64,000 nucleotides of DNA from Gammaproteobacteria bacterium. Its GTDB lineage: Bacteria > Pseudomonadota > Gammaproteobacteria > Pseudomonadales > Pseudohongiellaceae. How positions within the stretch are numbered: position 1 is the stretch's first letter; each line of letters starts with the position of its first letter. Shown here piece after piece: positions 31,620-41,197 of the stretch. The position numbers and the translations under genes were made by a program. The stretch spans positions 57,283 to 121,282 of the forward strand of contig JAUHWU010000001.1 of the NCBI GenBank assembly GCA_030427065.1, read 5' to 3'. The notes under the pieces were generated by a model. It had not been told where the DNA came from. It did not search any database and saw only the letters and a list, made by a program, of their open reading frames with translations.

Positions 31620-32348
31620 ATGACTGATTTAAGTGTCAATCTAAACAAGATCGCCCTGTTAAGAAACTCCCGAGGCAGGGACTATCCTTCTGTCATCAAA
31701 TTTGCAGAAAAATTTATTGCCCTTGGCGTACAGGGAATTACCATTCACCCGCGTCCCGATGAACGCCATATAAAATATGCAGATGCCCGGGATCTGAAAG
31801 CCTTTTTAACAGATCATCCCCAGGTTGAACTGAATATTGAAGGCTTCCCCGACGAGGTATTTCTCGCGCTAATTGAAGAAGTCCGGCCTCATCAATGTAC
31901 GCTGGTACCCGACGCAGTTAACCAGCTAACCTCGGATCATGGTTGGGATTTTCATCAGCAGGCAGAGTTTGTCACGCCCCTGATCGCAAAAATCAATGAC
32001 TGGGGGGTGCGTTCAGCCGTTTTCCTGGATCCGGATACTATACAACTTGAGCTGGCCGCCCTTACAGGCGCTTCGCGCATTGAACTGTATACCGAATCCT
32101 ATGCCCAGGTCTGGGGTCGCGACAACCAACAACAGGTACTAGCTGATTACAGGGAAGTGGCGCAACTCGCCAGTGAGTATGGTGTGGGGGTCAATGCCGG
32201 CCATGATCTTGACCTGAATAACCTGCCAGCATTTCTCACTATTGAGAACATCCTTGAAGTCTCCATCGGCCATGCACTAACCGTGGAGTGCATAGAGCAT
32301 GGCATGCGCGATACGGTACAGCGCTACCTGGATATCTGCCGTGGCTGA
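31620..32348 (+). CDS. pdxJ: Pyridoxine 5'-phosphate synthase
   Basis: LSVNLNKIALLRNSRG...ITIHPRPDERHI...NAGHDL are characteristic PdxJ motifs. Confidence 0.92.
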   Translation: MTDLSVNLNKIALLRNSRGRDYPSVIKFAEKFIALGVQGITIHPRPDERHIKYADARDLKAFLTDHPQVELNIEGFPDEVFLALIEEVRPHQCTLVPDAVNQLTSDHGWDFHQQAEFVTPLIAKINDWGVRSAVFLDPDTIQLELAALTGASRIELYTESYAQVWGRDNQQQVLADYREVAQLASEYGVGVNAGHDLDLNNLPAFLTIENILEVSIGHALTVECIEHGMRDTVQRYLDICRG

Positions 32349-33813
32349 TCCCGTCATTCGCGAGGCATTACTGTCGGCATTGGGGAAAATCCTGGAGGCC
32401 CAATTCATTCTTTCCACCCGGGAACAGTTAAAACCATTCGAATGTGACGGGCTTTCAGTTTATAAAGCCTTGCCTATGGTGGCGGTCCTGCCCGGCACAG
32501 TTAAGGAAGTACAGGCAATTATTCGTCTGTGCCATCAGATGAAGGTTCCACTGGTTACCCGGGGAGCAGGGACCGGACTCTCGGCAGGCGCAAAACCGGA
32601 TCCAGAAGGACTGCTTCTGGTGTTGACCCGCCTGAGTAGTATTCTGGAGATCAATAGTGCAACGCAAACTGCCCGCCTTCAGCCCGGGGTAAGAAATCTC
32701 GCCATTTCCGAAGCAGTAAAACAGCATGGCTTGTTTTATGCGCCAGATCCATCATCCCAGATTGCCTGTTCGATAGGTGGCAATATTGCTGAGAATGCCG
32801 GTGGTGTGCACTGTCTCAAGTACGGCCTTACTATTCACAATGTCCTCCAGGTCTCGGGTTTCACCATGGCAGGAGACCCGGTCACCATCGGTAATGGCGG
32901 GCTCGATAATGCCGGCTTGAATTTACTTCCTCTGATTATTGGTTCTGAAGGCATGCTGATGGTAGTAACTGAAATCATGGTGAAATTATTGCCACTACCC
33001 AGTCAGGTCGAGGTTATTCTGGCCGCATTCGACAGTATAGAAAAAGCGGGGCAGGCGGTTAGTAATATCATTGCCCAGGGAGTGATTCCCGGGGGACTGG
33101 AAATGATGGATAACAATGCCATTCGTGCGGCGGAGGATTATGCTCACGCAGGATACCCAAGAGATGCGGCGGCCATTTTATTGATTGAAATCGATGGCAG
33201 CGCTGTGAATGTCAGCGAACAACTGCAAAGTACTCGACAGGTACTACAGGATTCTGGGGTTACTTCAGTCAAGATCGCCAAAACAGACACTGAAAAAGCC
33301 CTGTTCTGGAAAGGCAGAAAAAGCGCTTTTCCTGCTGTTGGCCGACTGTCCCCTGATTATTACTGTATGGATGGCACTATTCCCCGCAAGTCCCTGGCCG
33401 AGGTGCTTGGCTATATCCATACCTTATCTGAACAATATGGCTTTGCGGTGGCCAATGTCTTCCATGCCGGTGATGGTAACTTGCACCCTCTGATTCTGTT
33501 TGATGCAAACCAGCCAGGACAACTGGAAAGTGTTGAATCAATGGGCGCAAAAATACTGGAAAAATGTATTGAGGTGGGCGGCACCATCACCGGTGAACAT
33601 GGCGTTGGGCTGGAGAAAATCCGGCAAATGCCTATGCAATTCAGCGATGATGAGATCAGTCAGTTTCACAGCATTAAAGCAGCCCTGGACCCTGACAATC
33701 TTCTTAATCCCGGGAAAAATATTCCATTACTCAAGCATTGTCAGGAATACCGGGCACTGGCTAAAAATCTGCAGCCCAATCAATTGCTCATTCAGCACGA
33801 GCCAACAGCATAA
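32341..33813 (+). CDS. glcD: Glycolate oxidase subunit GlcD (FAD-linked oxidase)
   Basis: Near-colinear by-eye match with E. coli GlcD (VTRGAGTGLS, DPSSQIACSIGGNIAENAGGVHCLKYG, HAGDGNLHPLILFD). GTG 32341 overlaps the pdxJ stop by 8 nt. ATG 32299 is an alternative with a 50-nt overlap. Confidence 0.88.
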   Translation: MADPVIREALLSALGKILEAQFILSTREQLKPFECDGLSVYKALPMVAVLPGTVKEVQAIIRLCHQMKVPLVTRGAGTGLSAGAKPDPEGLLLVLTRLSSILEINSATQTARLQPGVRNLAISEAVKQHGLFYAPDPSSQIACSIGGNIAENAGGVHCLKYGLTIHNVLQVSGFTMAGDPVTIGNGGLDNAGLNLLPLIIGSEGMLMVVTEIMVKLLPLPSQVEVILAAFDSIEKAGQAVSNIIAQGVIPGGLEMMDNNAIRAAEDYAHAGYPRDAAAILLIEIDGSAVNVSEQLQSTRQVLQDSGVTSVKIAKTDTEKALFWKGRKSAFPAVGRLSPDYYCMDGTIPRKSLAEVLGYIHTLSEQYGFAVANVFHAGDGNLHPLILFDANQPGQLESVESMGAKILEKCIEVGGTITGEHGVGLEKIRQMPMQFSDDEISQFHSIKAALDPDNLLNPGKNIPLLKHCQEYRALAKNLQPNQLLIQHEPTA

Positions 33814-33836
33814 GCAGGGAATACGACGCGACTAAC

Positions 33837-34928
33837 ATGCAAGACAATGCCCACATATTGCAGGATCAGGTGCAGCAAGCCATCACCGAGCAACAAGCAC
33901 TTTGTATTCAAGGCGGCAACAGCAAGGCCTTCTATGGCTTTGCGGTGCAGGCAGACCTACTGGACACCTCGGGTCATAGCGGCATCATAGAATACGAACC
34001 CACCGAACTGGTATTACGTGCAAGAGCCGGAACGCCCCTGATCGAGATAAATTCAGCATTAAAGCAACATCAACAAATGCTTGCCTGCGAACCTCCCTGT
34101 TTTTCGCAAAGCGCAACACTGGGTGGCGCGGTGGCAGCAGGGTTGTCTGGTCCTTCCAGGCCATATCGGGCGAGCATCCAGGATAGCGTGCTTGGCTGCA
34201 CTATCCTCAATGGCCAGGCGCAGATACTTGGTTTTGGGGGTAAGGTCATGAAGAATGTCGCCGGTTATGATGTGTCTCGACTGATGGCAGGTTCTTTGGG
34301 CTGCCTTGGCGTTATTCTGGATGTCACGCTGAAAGTCATTCCATCAGCCAGGGCTGAAAAAAGTTTTGTTTTTACTATCGAGCCCGGGAACAGCCCTGCC
34401 TTTATCAATGATCTGCGCAAGCGCGGCCTGCCTGTAAGCGCAACCTGCCAGCTGTGCGCGCAGCTAATGGTGAGATTTTCAGCAGGCAATACGGAGATAG
34501 CCGAATTGGAAAACAGGCTCAAGGAACATTACAGCTTTATTGAATGGCGTGAATCCCAGGACCACCAGTTCTGGGAACAACTGCGCGAGCATGATCATCC
34601 ATTTTTTGACCAGGCCTCAACGCTGTGGCGTTTATCATTGCCCGCAGATGCCGATATCTATGGCCTGGCAGATAAGCCGGAAGATGTTTTATCAGAGTGG
34701 GGAGGAAGTCTGCACTGGCTTAAAACCACCAAAAGCGCAGATGAGATCTTCAATCATGCCAGTGTCAATAATGGACAAGCTACCTTGTTTCGGTATCCGG
34801 CAGCACAGCAGCCAGCCACTATTTTTCAGCCATTAGCGCCAGCCCTTGAACAGTGGCACAAAAGCCTTAAAGCCGCTTTTGACCCATTGGGCATTTTTAA
34901 TCCCGGCAAAATGTATACACAAGACTAA
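33837..34928 (+). CDS. glcE: Glycolate oxidase FAD-binding subunit GlcE
   Basis: FAD PCMH-type domain (GGNSKAFYG, KNVAGYDVSRL) between glcD and glcF. Confidence 0.85.
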   Translation: MQDNAHILQDQVQQAITEQQALCIQGGNSKAFYGFAVQADLLDTSGHSGIIEYEPTELVLRARAGTPLIEINSALKQHQQMLACEPPCFSQSATLGGAVAAGLSGPSRPYRASIQDSVLGCTILNGQAQILGFGGKVMKNVAGYDVSRLMAGSLGCLGVILDVTLKVIPSARAEKSFVFTIEPGNSPAFINDLRKRGLPVSATCQLCAQLMVRFSAGNTEIAELENRLKEHYSFIEWRESQDHQFWEQLREHDHPFFDQASTLWRLSLPADADIYGLADKPEDVLSEWGGSLHWLKTTKSADEIFNHASVNNGQATLFRYPAAQQPATIFQPLAPALEQWHKSLKAAFDPLGIFNPGKMYTQD

Positions 34929-34937
34929 ATACTCACT

Positions 34938-36167
34938 ATGCAAACCAATCTTCCAAATAGTCTGCTGGACACCCCTGTTGGAAAGGAAGCTGACAGGATT
35001 TTACGCTCCTGTGTACATTGCGGTTTTTGTACAGCGACCTGTCCCACATACCTTGAAACCGGCAATGAACTGGACAGTCCAAGAGGGCGCATCTATCTGG
35101 TGAAAGAACTGCTCGAGTCCGGTAAGGCAAGCAGCATAACGCGCACCCATCTCGATCGCTGCCTGAGTTGTCAGGCATGTGAAACCACCTGCCCATCAAA
35201 TGTTGAATATCATCAATTGCTCAACTTTGGTCGTTCAGCAATGCAGACGGCAAGCCCGGAATCCTGGTTCGTCAAAAGCAAAAGGGTGTTAATACTGGGG
35301 GTGCTGGGTTCAAAAAACTTATTTGGTTTACTGCTCTGGCTTGGCAGTGTTTTCCGCTTTGCCCTGCCAAAGTCACTTGCACGGCAATTACCGGATAAAA
35401 GTAAACGTCCTGTTACCCGAAAAGATTCCGATCCCTTAAAACGGCACGTTGTTCTGCTCGACGGTTGCGTGCAGGGCAGTCTTTCCCCGAACACCAATCT
35501 CGCCACTGCCAGAGTTCTTGAGAAGCTTGGCATAGACACGATCACTATCCGCAGGGAAAGTTGTTGCGGGGCAATGCATTTTCATACCAACAGCCAGGCA
35601 GAAGGTCTGGCCAGTGCGAAACATCTGACAGACCAACTGTTTCAGGCACTGGAATCTGGAGCTGAAGCAATAATTTCAACCGCCAGTGGCTGCGGTAATT
35701 TTATTAAAGACTATCCCGGGATATTTTTAGACGATGAAAAATACAGGGTAAAAGCGACTCGAGTTGCAGACGCCACCAGGGACATCAGTGAACTTCTTGC
35801 TGGCGAGGATCTTAGTGTACTTCAAACAGCCACAGGACAGACTCTGGCCTTCCATAGTCCCTGCACCTTGCAGCATGGTCAGAAACTGGCAGGGTTGCCA
35901 GAAAAAATACTTGAACAGCTCGGGTATAACATACCGGTGATCAACAATGCCCACTTGTGTTGTGGGTCAGCGGGAACGTACTCGCTGTTTCAGCCTTTAA
36001 TGGCCACCAAATTACGTGACAATAAGTTGCATGCACTGGCACAAATAAGTACTGAGAGCATAGCCACTGCCAACATAGGCTGTCAGTGTCATTTGACTGG
36101 CGGGACAGAAAAGAGGGTACGTCACTGGATTGAGTATTTGGCAGACAGCTGCTTGCCAGCAGATTAA
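34938..36167 (+). CDS. glcF: Glycolate oxidase iron-sulfur subunit GlcF
   Basis: CVHCGFCTATCPTY and CLSCQACETTCPS 4Fe-4S motifs plus two CCG-type domains (CCGSAGTY). Confidence 0.9.
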   Translation: MQTNLPNSLLDTPVGKEADRILRSCVHCGFCTATCPTYLETGNELDSPRGRIYLVKELLESGKASSITRTHLDRCLSCQACETTCPSNVEYHQLLNFGRSAMQTASPESWFVKSKRVLILGVLGSKNLFGLLLWLGSVFRFALPKSLARQLPDKSKRPVTRKDSDPLKRHVVLLDGCVQGSLSPNTNLATARVLEKLGIDTITIRRESCCGAMHFHTNSQAEGLASAKHLTDQLFQALESGAEAIISTASGCGNFIKDYPGIFLDDEKYRVKATRVADATRDISELLAGEDLSVLQTATGQTLAFHSPCTLQHGQKLAGLPEKILEQLGYNIPVINNAHLCCGSAGTYSLFQPLMATKLRDNKLHALAQISTESIATANIGCQCHLTGGTEKRVRHWIEYLADSCLPAD

Positions 36168-38261
36168 TTAGTTCACTCGAATAACTTCTATATTTCGTTC
36201 AACCAGGATAAGCCAGCGATCGCCTTGCTGTTTAAACCTGAGCTGTTTGTGCGTGTCATCAGCATAGCTACCCCGAGTGTACTGCAACCAGAATTCAACC
36301 GTTGCTTCGGTTTCCGAGCTATCAATATATTCGAGCCTGTCAAAACTCAGATTTATTCCTGTCACGCCCAGTATTCGGTCACGCCGCTGCTCCAACCACA
36401 ATTCATAAGAATCCTCATAAGAAGGAACAAACTCCTGATGATAAGCGGCAAGATAATCTACGAAACGTCCTTCTTGCCACGCTGCAACCCAGTCATTGAT
36501 GCTTGTTTCGATAGTTGTAGTGATAGCCGAACTTTCTGTGGTATCGCCAGCTTCTTCAGTGCTAATTGAGGTTTGACTTTCCACAATAACCGCGTTTTGG
36601 GTTAGCCCTGCTGCTGCGGTATCGTTTTCTGCGGCTGGCTCAGTTTCGGGCAATTCCTGAGCCACTGTTTGCGGGTTGTTTACAGAATTTAATGGCACAT
36701 TATCGGGGGCCGCCGAAGTCGCGCCTGGAGCAATAGTGGCGATTGCAGAGCTTGCTGCGGGAAGCTCTCCAGTGCCATCATCTGCTGTACTGTTATTTCC
36801 GACAGCATTTACTCCACTTATGGTTATCGTCTCGCTGGTTTCTTCCGGGGAATCTAAATCAGCAACGACTGCAGTATTTTTCTGATCGCCAACCAGATTA
36901 GCAGAGAGATTCAGGGAAGTGGTCGGCGCTGTGCTGACGGGATTCCTGGCAACCTCGTCCAGATACAAAGGAGCATCAATAGCCAATATTTCTGTAACCT
37001 TGTTATTCACCGTATCGCTTTCACCTGATAGCACAAACGCAAGTACCATGGTGGTGATAATAACGACTGTGGAGAGGGCAACTTTAAAATACAGCGGTCC
37101 GCGAGCAACCGGAGTAGCAGTAGATGCTCTCTTGAGGCTTTCATCCAGCTCCCTGGTATGAGACTCATTAATAGCAGGTGGTTCCGTAGTCTCTGAAACT
37201 TCTGGCGGCGGCAACACAGTGTCATGCATTATGACAGTCTCTGTAATAGCTGCAGAAGTGGGCCTTTCTTTCTGCTTGTGTTCCTGTCCCTCCACCTCTG
37301 AGTGGCGGTCCTGAGTTTGAGCGTTTTCAGCTATATCAGCTATATCAGGTGCAGCAAGTGCTGCTGATTCATCATCAGATACCGCTTCCGGTTCGGTTTC
37401 AGGAAGTAACGATAAATTCTTTAAAAAATCAGGTTCTTCGCGAGGCGGTTTAGTGACTCGTGACCCGTTAACACTTAATTTTTCAGGTTTCGCAGGTGTT
37501 TGCGATGCAGTGCCATATTCGACGGTGTCGACTGTTTTCTTTTTATTGGTTATCACTGGAATAGTGCTTTTCTGACAAACTTTTTCAGGGCGAAAGAAAT
37601 TATCCAGTAATTCTGCTGTTTTACCTGGCAAGCCTTTGCTACGTATAAACAGATCAGTCAGCTCCTTGTTGGTCATGTCTCTACCGGTAATCCCATAGGC
37701 ATTCTTGTAACTGGTATAAAAATCATCCAGATCGACCCGAGACATGGGTGGCAGTGTAAAGCTTTGATTTAGATACTGGGTCACAGAGCGCAGGGCAGGG
37801 TCATCAAACAATTCATCCAGTTTACTTGTGCCAACGATAATTTGTGATACCAGCGTAGATGAATGATCATGTATGTTGTTCAGCAGCCTGATGAGAATGA
37901 AGAGATCCTTACTGATCTTTTCAGCATCGTTATAAATGATCACCAGCTTATGGGTGGCTGAAGTTTCCTGAAGATAACGCGTAAGTGCCCGGTTAAAATC
38001 CTTGTTTTTATCGAGCCCCAGAGCGCTTTGAATGAACTGGAAAAGATAATCTGAAGATTCAGGGGGCTGTTCAAAGTAAATGACTTCCTGGCCCTTGGCC
38101 TGCAGTTCCTCGATCAGTTTAAGGCAAAAACTGGACTTGCCTGCCCCATCAGGGCCAACCACCTTGATTATGCCTTCGTTGATATCAAGCGCAGTGTGAA
38201 TCCCCTGAAAAATGCCAAGGTAAGGGCCGATTTTGAAATAATTTCCGGGGGGCAACGCCAT
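36168..38261 (-). CDS. Membrane-anchored ExeA/GspA-like P-loop protein (apparently degenerate ATPase) with long acidic low-complexity linkers and a C-terminal NTF2/SnoaL-like periplasmic domain
   Basis: Walker A GPDGAGKS. It is paralogous by eye to the upstream 309-aa ExeA-like protein, but has IIYNDAEK where that protein has FLLDEAQ. One TM (FKVALSTVVIITTMVLAFVL). The C-terminus reads WVAAWQEGRFVDYLAAYHQEF... Confidence 0.7.
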   Translation of the reverse strand: MALPPGNYFKIGPYLGIFQGIHTALDINEGIIKVVGPDGAGKSSFCLKLIEELQAKGQEVIYFEQPPESSDYLFQFIQSALGLDKNKDFNRALTRYLQETSATHKLVIIYNDAEKISKDLFILIRLLNNIHDHSSTLVSQIIVGTSKLDELFDDPALRSVTQYLNQSFTLPPMSRVDLDDFYTSYKNAYGITGRDMTNKELTDLFIRSKGLPGKTAELLDNFFRPEKVCQKSTIPVITNKKKTVDTVEYGTASQTPAKPEKLSVNGSRVTKPPREEPDFLKNLSLLPETEPEAVSDDESAALAAPDIADIAENAQTQDRHSEVEGQEHKQKERPTSAAITETVIMHDTVLPPPEVSETTEPPAINESHTRELDESLKRASTATPVARGPLYFKVALSTVVIITTMVLAFVLSGESDTVNNKVTEILAIDAPLYLDEVARNPVSTAPTTSLNLSANLVGDQKNTAVVADLDSPEETSETITISGVNAVGNNSTADDGTGELPAASSAIATIAPGATSAAPDNVPLNSVNNPQTVAQELPETEPAAENDTAAAGLTQNAVIVESQTSISTEEAGDTTESSAITTTIETSINDWVAAWQEGRFVDYLAAYHQEFVPSYEDSYELWLEQRRDRILGVTGINLSFDRLEYIDSSETEATVEFWLQYTRGSYADDTHKQLRFKQQGDRWLILVERNIEVIRVN

Positions 38262-38364
38262 TAATTGATTATGCTTAATATATCGCGTCGGGGGAAGAAA
38301 AGACTCCTCGACAAGACTACAGGGGAGGACCGCAATGGACCCCTTATATCAACGTTGTATTCTA

Positions 38365-39294
38365 TTAAATATCGAGAAAATATACAGCCAGAAAAGTAAG
38401 CAAACTGGCAACAACAGCGGTTATACCCAGAGCAAGCCAACCCGGGCTGTTTTTTCTGGTATCGTTGGAAAAGTTCTTCTTGATACGGGCATCTTCAGTA
38501 TCCAGGACGGCTCTTTGCACATGCGCATTATTAATCTTGGTATCTCCGCGGCCATAAGCAACCAGCAGGGATTTGTGGCACAGAATATTAATCAGTCGCG
38601 GAATACCGGCACTCGCTTCAGCGAGCGCCTGAATAGCCTTTGAATTGAACAGGTTGACACCGGGAAAGCCTGATCGATTCAGACGATGGTTGATATAGCT
38701 GTTAACTTCTTCCAGGGTCAGTGTTGGCAGTGTGTAGGAAAAGGTGATTCGTTGCCTCAACTGGCGCAGGGAATCACGTGCCAGAACATCATTCAATTCC
38801 GGCTGACCAAATAACACGACCTGAAGAAGCTTTTCAGTTTCTGTCTCAAGATTGGTCAACAGGCGCAGTACCTCAATACTTTCTTCCGGCATCGCCTGGG
38901 CTTCGTCCAGCAGGAATACCACCTGCTTTTCGGAATTCTTGATTGCCATCAATTTCTTGTTAATTTCACCCAGTACATGATGGCGGCCTTTTTCATGCTC
39001 AACATCCAGACCCAGCTCTTCAGCCAGGGCCAGCAGAAGGCCATCCGGAGTCAGGAAAGGATTGGGGATATAGGCGGTAACAAAATCATCACTTACCGTA
39101 TTTAGCAAACGGCGACAAAGCAGGGTTTTCCCTGTTCCCACCTCACCAGTGATCATGATAAAACCTTCACCACTTTCCAGGGCAAGCTGTACAACTTCCA
39201 GCGCCTGGTGATGACCGTCCAGATCGAGAAAAAAATCTGTGTTAGGGGTCAGGGTAAAAGGCAGCTCACGCATGCCAAAAAATTCAAGATACAT
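38365..39294 (-). CDS. ExeA/GspA/MshM-like AAA ATPase with a C-terminal membrane anchor
   Basis: MYLEFFGMRELPF N-terminus, Walker A GEVGTGKT, Walker B VVFLLDEAQ, GIPRLIN motif. Terminal hydrophobic helix PGWLALGITAVVASLLTFLAVYFL. Confidence 0.8.
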   Translation of the reverse strand: MYLEFFGMRELPFTLTPNTDFFLDLDGHHQALEVVQLALESGEGFIMITGEVGTGKTLLCRRLLNTVSDDFVTAYIPNPFLTPDGLLLALAEELGLDVEHEKGRHHVLGEINKKLMAIKNSEKQVVFLLDEAQAMPEESIEVLRLLTNLETETEKLLQVVLFGQPELNDVLARDSLRQLRQRITFSYTLPTLTLEEVNSYINHRLNRSGFPGVNLFNSKAIQALAEASAGIPRLINILCHKSLLVAYGRGDTKINNAHVQRAVLDTEDARIKKNFSNDTRKNSPGWLALGITAVVASLLTFLAVYFLDI

Positions 39295-39580
39295 CTTGTT
39301 TAATAACTTCCTGTATCTGCGACAGGTTCATTGTAATCCTGCCAGGAAAACGAGGCGAAGAATAAATCACCATCACGGTCTTTTCAATAAAACACTTGCT
39401 TATTAAGTGGCAAACACTATGCTGGTTGCGCATTCTGCTCACAATAGGAAAAATTCCTGTTATTCAACATATTACGGGAGTTAGCACGAAAAGAGTACAG
39501 GTGAATTACTGCTAAAAATATGGCTAAAAGTCTTGGAAAAAGTATGGGTAAAAAAATAAGTAAAAGTAGGGGAGATAGTT

Positions 39581-40210
39581 ATGTCTTTTCTGGATAAATC
39601 GGCAATGGTAACACGCGAGCAATCGCTGCCGGGACGAGAACAGAAATTAACGGTACCTGCATCTCATATTGTGACAGGAAATCCCTTGCAGGAGCCGTTT
39701 GCGCAACACCTGTCACGAATTGTGTTGGGGATGGGCTGCTTCTGGGGCGCAGAAAGACGATTCTGGGAGCTTGCGGGCGTGTATTCGACTGCTGTCGGCT
39801 ATGCCGGGGGCTATACCCCGAATCCCACCTATCAGGAAGTGTGTAGTGGTCAGACTGGTCACAGCGAGGTCGTACTGGTGGTTTTTGACCCGGCACAAGT
39901 GAGTTTGGCGTCATTGCTGAAAACTTTCTGGGAATCCCATGATCCAACCCAGGGGATGCGTCAAGGCAATGATCGGGGCTCGCAGTATCGATCATGTGTC
40001 TATACTTTTGATGATGCGCAGTTAAGGGATGTAATAGAGAGCAGGAACAACTATCAGACAGCCCTGGAACAGGCTGGTTTTGGATCTGTGACTACAGAAA
40101 TCAAGGCACTTGATGAGTTTTATTATGCCGAGGAATATCATCAGCAGTATCTGGCAAAAAACCCCCAGGGTTATTGTGGCCTGGCCGGCACAGGTGTCAG
40201 CTGTGCCTGA
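39581..40210 (+). CDS. msrA: Peptide-methionine (S)-S-oxide reductase
   Basis: GMGCFWGAE active-site motif and C-terminal GYCG. Confidence 0.93.
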   Translation: MSFLDKSAMVTREQSLPGREQKLTVPASHIVTGNPLQEPFAQHLSRIVLGMGCFWGAERRFWELAGVYSTAVGYAGGYTPNPTYQEVCSGQTGHSEVVLVVFDPAQVSLASLLKTFWESHDPTQGMRQGNDRGSQYRSCVYTFDDAQLRDVIESRNNYQTALEQAGFGSVTTEIKALDEFYYAEEYHQQYLAKNPQGYCGLAGTGVSCA

Positions 40211-40256
40211 AAATCCGGGTCAACATCTACTTGCACATTTAAGATAATATAAGCCC

Positions 40257-41168
40257 ATGTCCAATGCCATAGCCGAAAAACTTGTTGTAGCCATTTCCTC
40301 CCGGGCTCTGTTCAACCTGGATGACAGTCACGAAATCTATGTCAAGGAGGGCGTGGAGGCGTATCGTCAGTATCAGATAGATCGGGAGGATGAAATCCTT
40401 GAGCCAGGCGATGCCTTCAGCCTGGTAAAAAAACTCCTGAACCTGAATACGCTCATCGGTAAATCGCGGGTAGAAGTCATTTTGTTGTCGAGAAACTCAG
40501 CTGATACCGGCTTGCGTATCTTTAACTCCATAGAACAGCACAAGCTCGATATTCAAAAAGCGGCTTTTTGCGGTGGCTCCAGCCCTTATCGCTATATCAG
40601 CGCTTTTAACTCTCATCTGTTTCTATCCACAGATGGCCAGGATGTTCGACAGGCGCTGGAAAATGGCATAGCGGCAGCAACGATTCTCAATTCCAAGCAA
40701 GCCAATATGGATGACTACAAGCTGCGTTTTGCTTTTGACGGTGATGCCGTGTTGTTCTCTGACGAAGCAGAAAAAATTTATAAAACCCGTGGCCTGGAGG
40801 AGTTCGCCCGCAGTGAGAGAGCGGCGGCAAAAGAGCCTCTGAGTGGCGGGCCGTTCAAGAAGTTCCTGTCTGCATTGCATATGTTGCAACAGGAATTCGG
40901 TCTTGATAATTCACCGATCCGCACTTGCCTGGTAACAGCAAGGGCCGCGCCTGCCCACGAACGGGTTGTCAGAACACTGCGTCAGTGGAATATCAATATT
41001 GATGAGTCACTGTTTCTTGGTGGTCAGGATAAGGGGGCTTTTCTGCAGGCCTATGACGCTGATGTGTTCTTTGATGATCAGCAGGGCCATTGTGAGTCAG
41101 CGCGCGAACATGTTGCTACAGGCCACGTCCCTCATGGTATTGCCAACGTAATCGCTGACAAATCCTGA
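40257..41168 (+). CDS. 5'-nucleotidase family protein (cytosolic 5'-nucleotidase IA-like, PF06189-type)
   Basis: VAISSRALFNLDDSHEIY...EAYRQYQ...FAFDGDAVLFSDEAE...VTARAAPAHERV pattern, as recalled for this bacterial 5'-nucleotidase family. Confidence 0.7.
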   Translation: MSNAIAEKLVVAISSRALFNLDDSHEIYVKEGVEAYRQYQIDREDEILEPGDAFSLVKKLLNLNTLIGKSRVEVILLSRNSADTGLRIFNSIEQHKLDIQKAAFCGGSSPYRYISAFNSHLFLSTDGQDVRQALENGIAAATILNSKQANMDDYKLRFAFDGDAVLFSDEAEKIYKTRGLEEFARSERAAAKEPLSGGPFKKFLSALHMLQQEFGLDNSPIRTCLVTARAAPAHERVVRTLRQWNINIDESLFLGGQDKGAFLQAYDADVFFDDQQGHCESAREHVATGHVPHGIANVIADKS

Positions 41169-41197
41169 TCTGGATAATCAAGTCCAATGCATCACGT

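Noticed and set aside
39520-39597. A 25-aa Lys/Ser-rich mini-ORF ([25 protein letters not shown]) overlapping the msrA start.
   Set aside because: It arises from an A-rich leader. Its 3' part contains the msrA Shine-Dalgarno (AGGGGA) and overlaps msrA out of frame. There is no support for translation.
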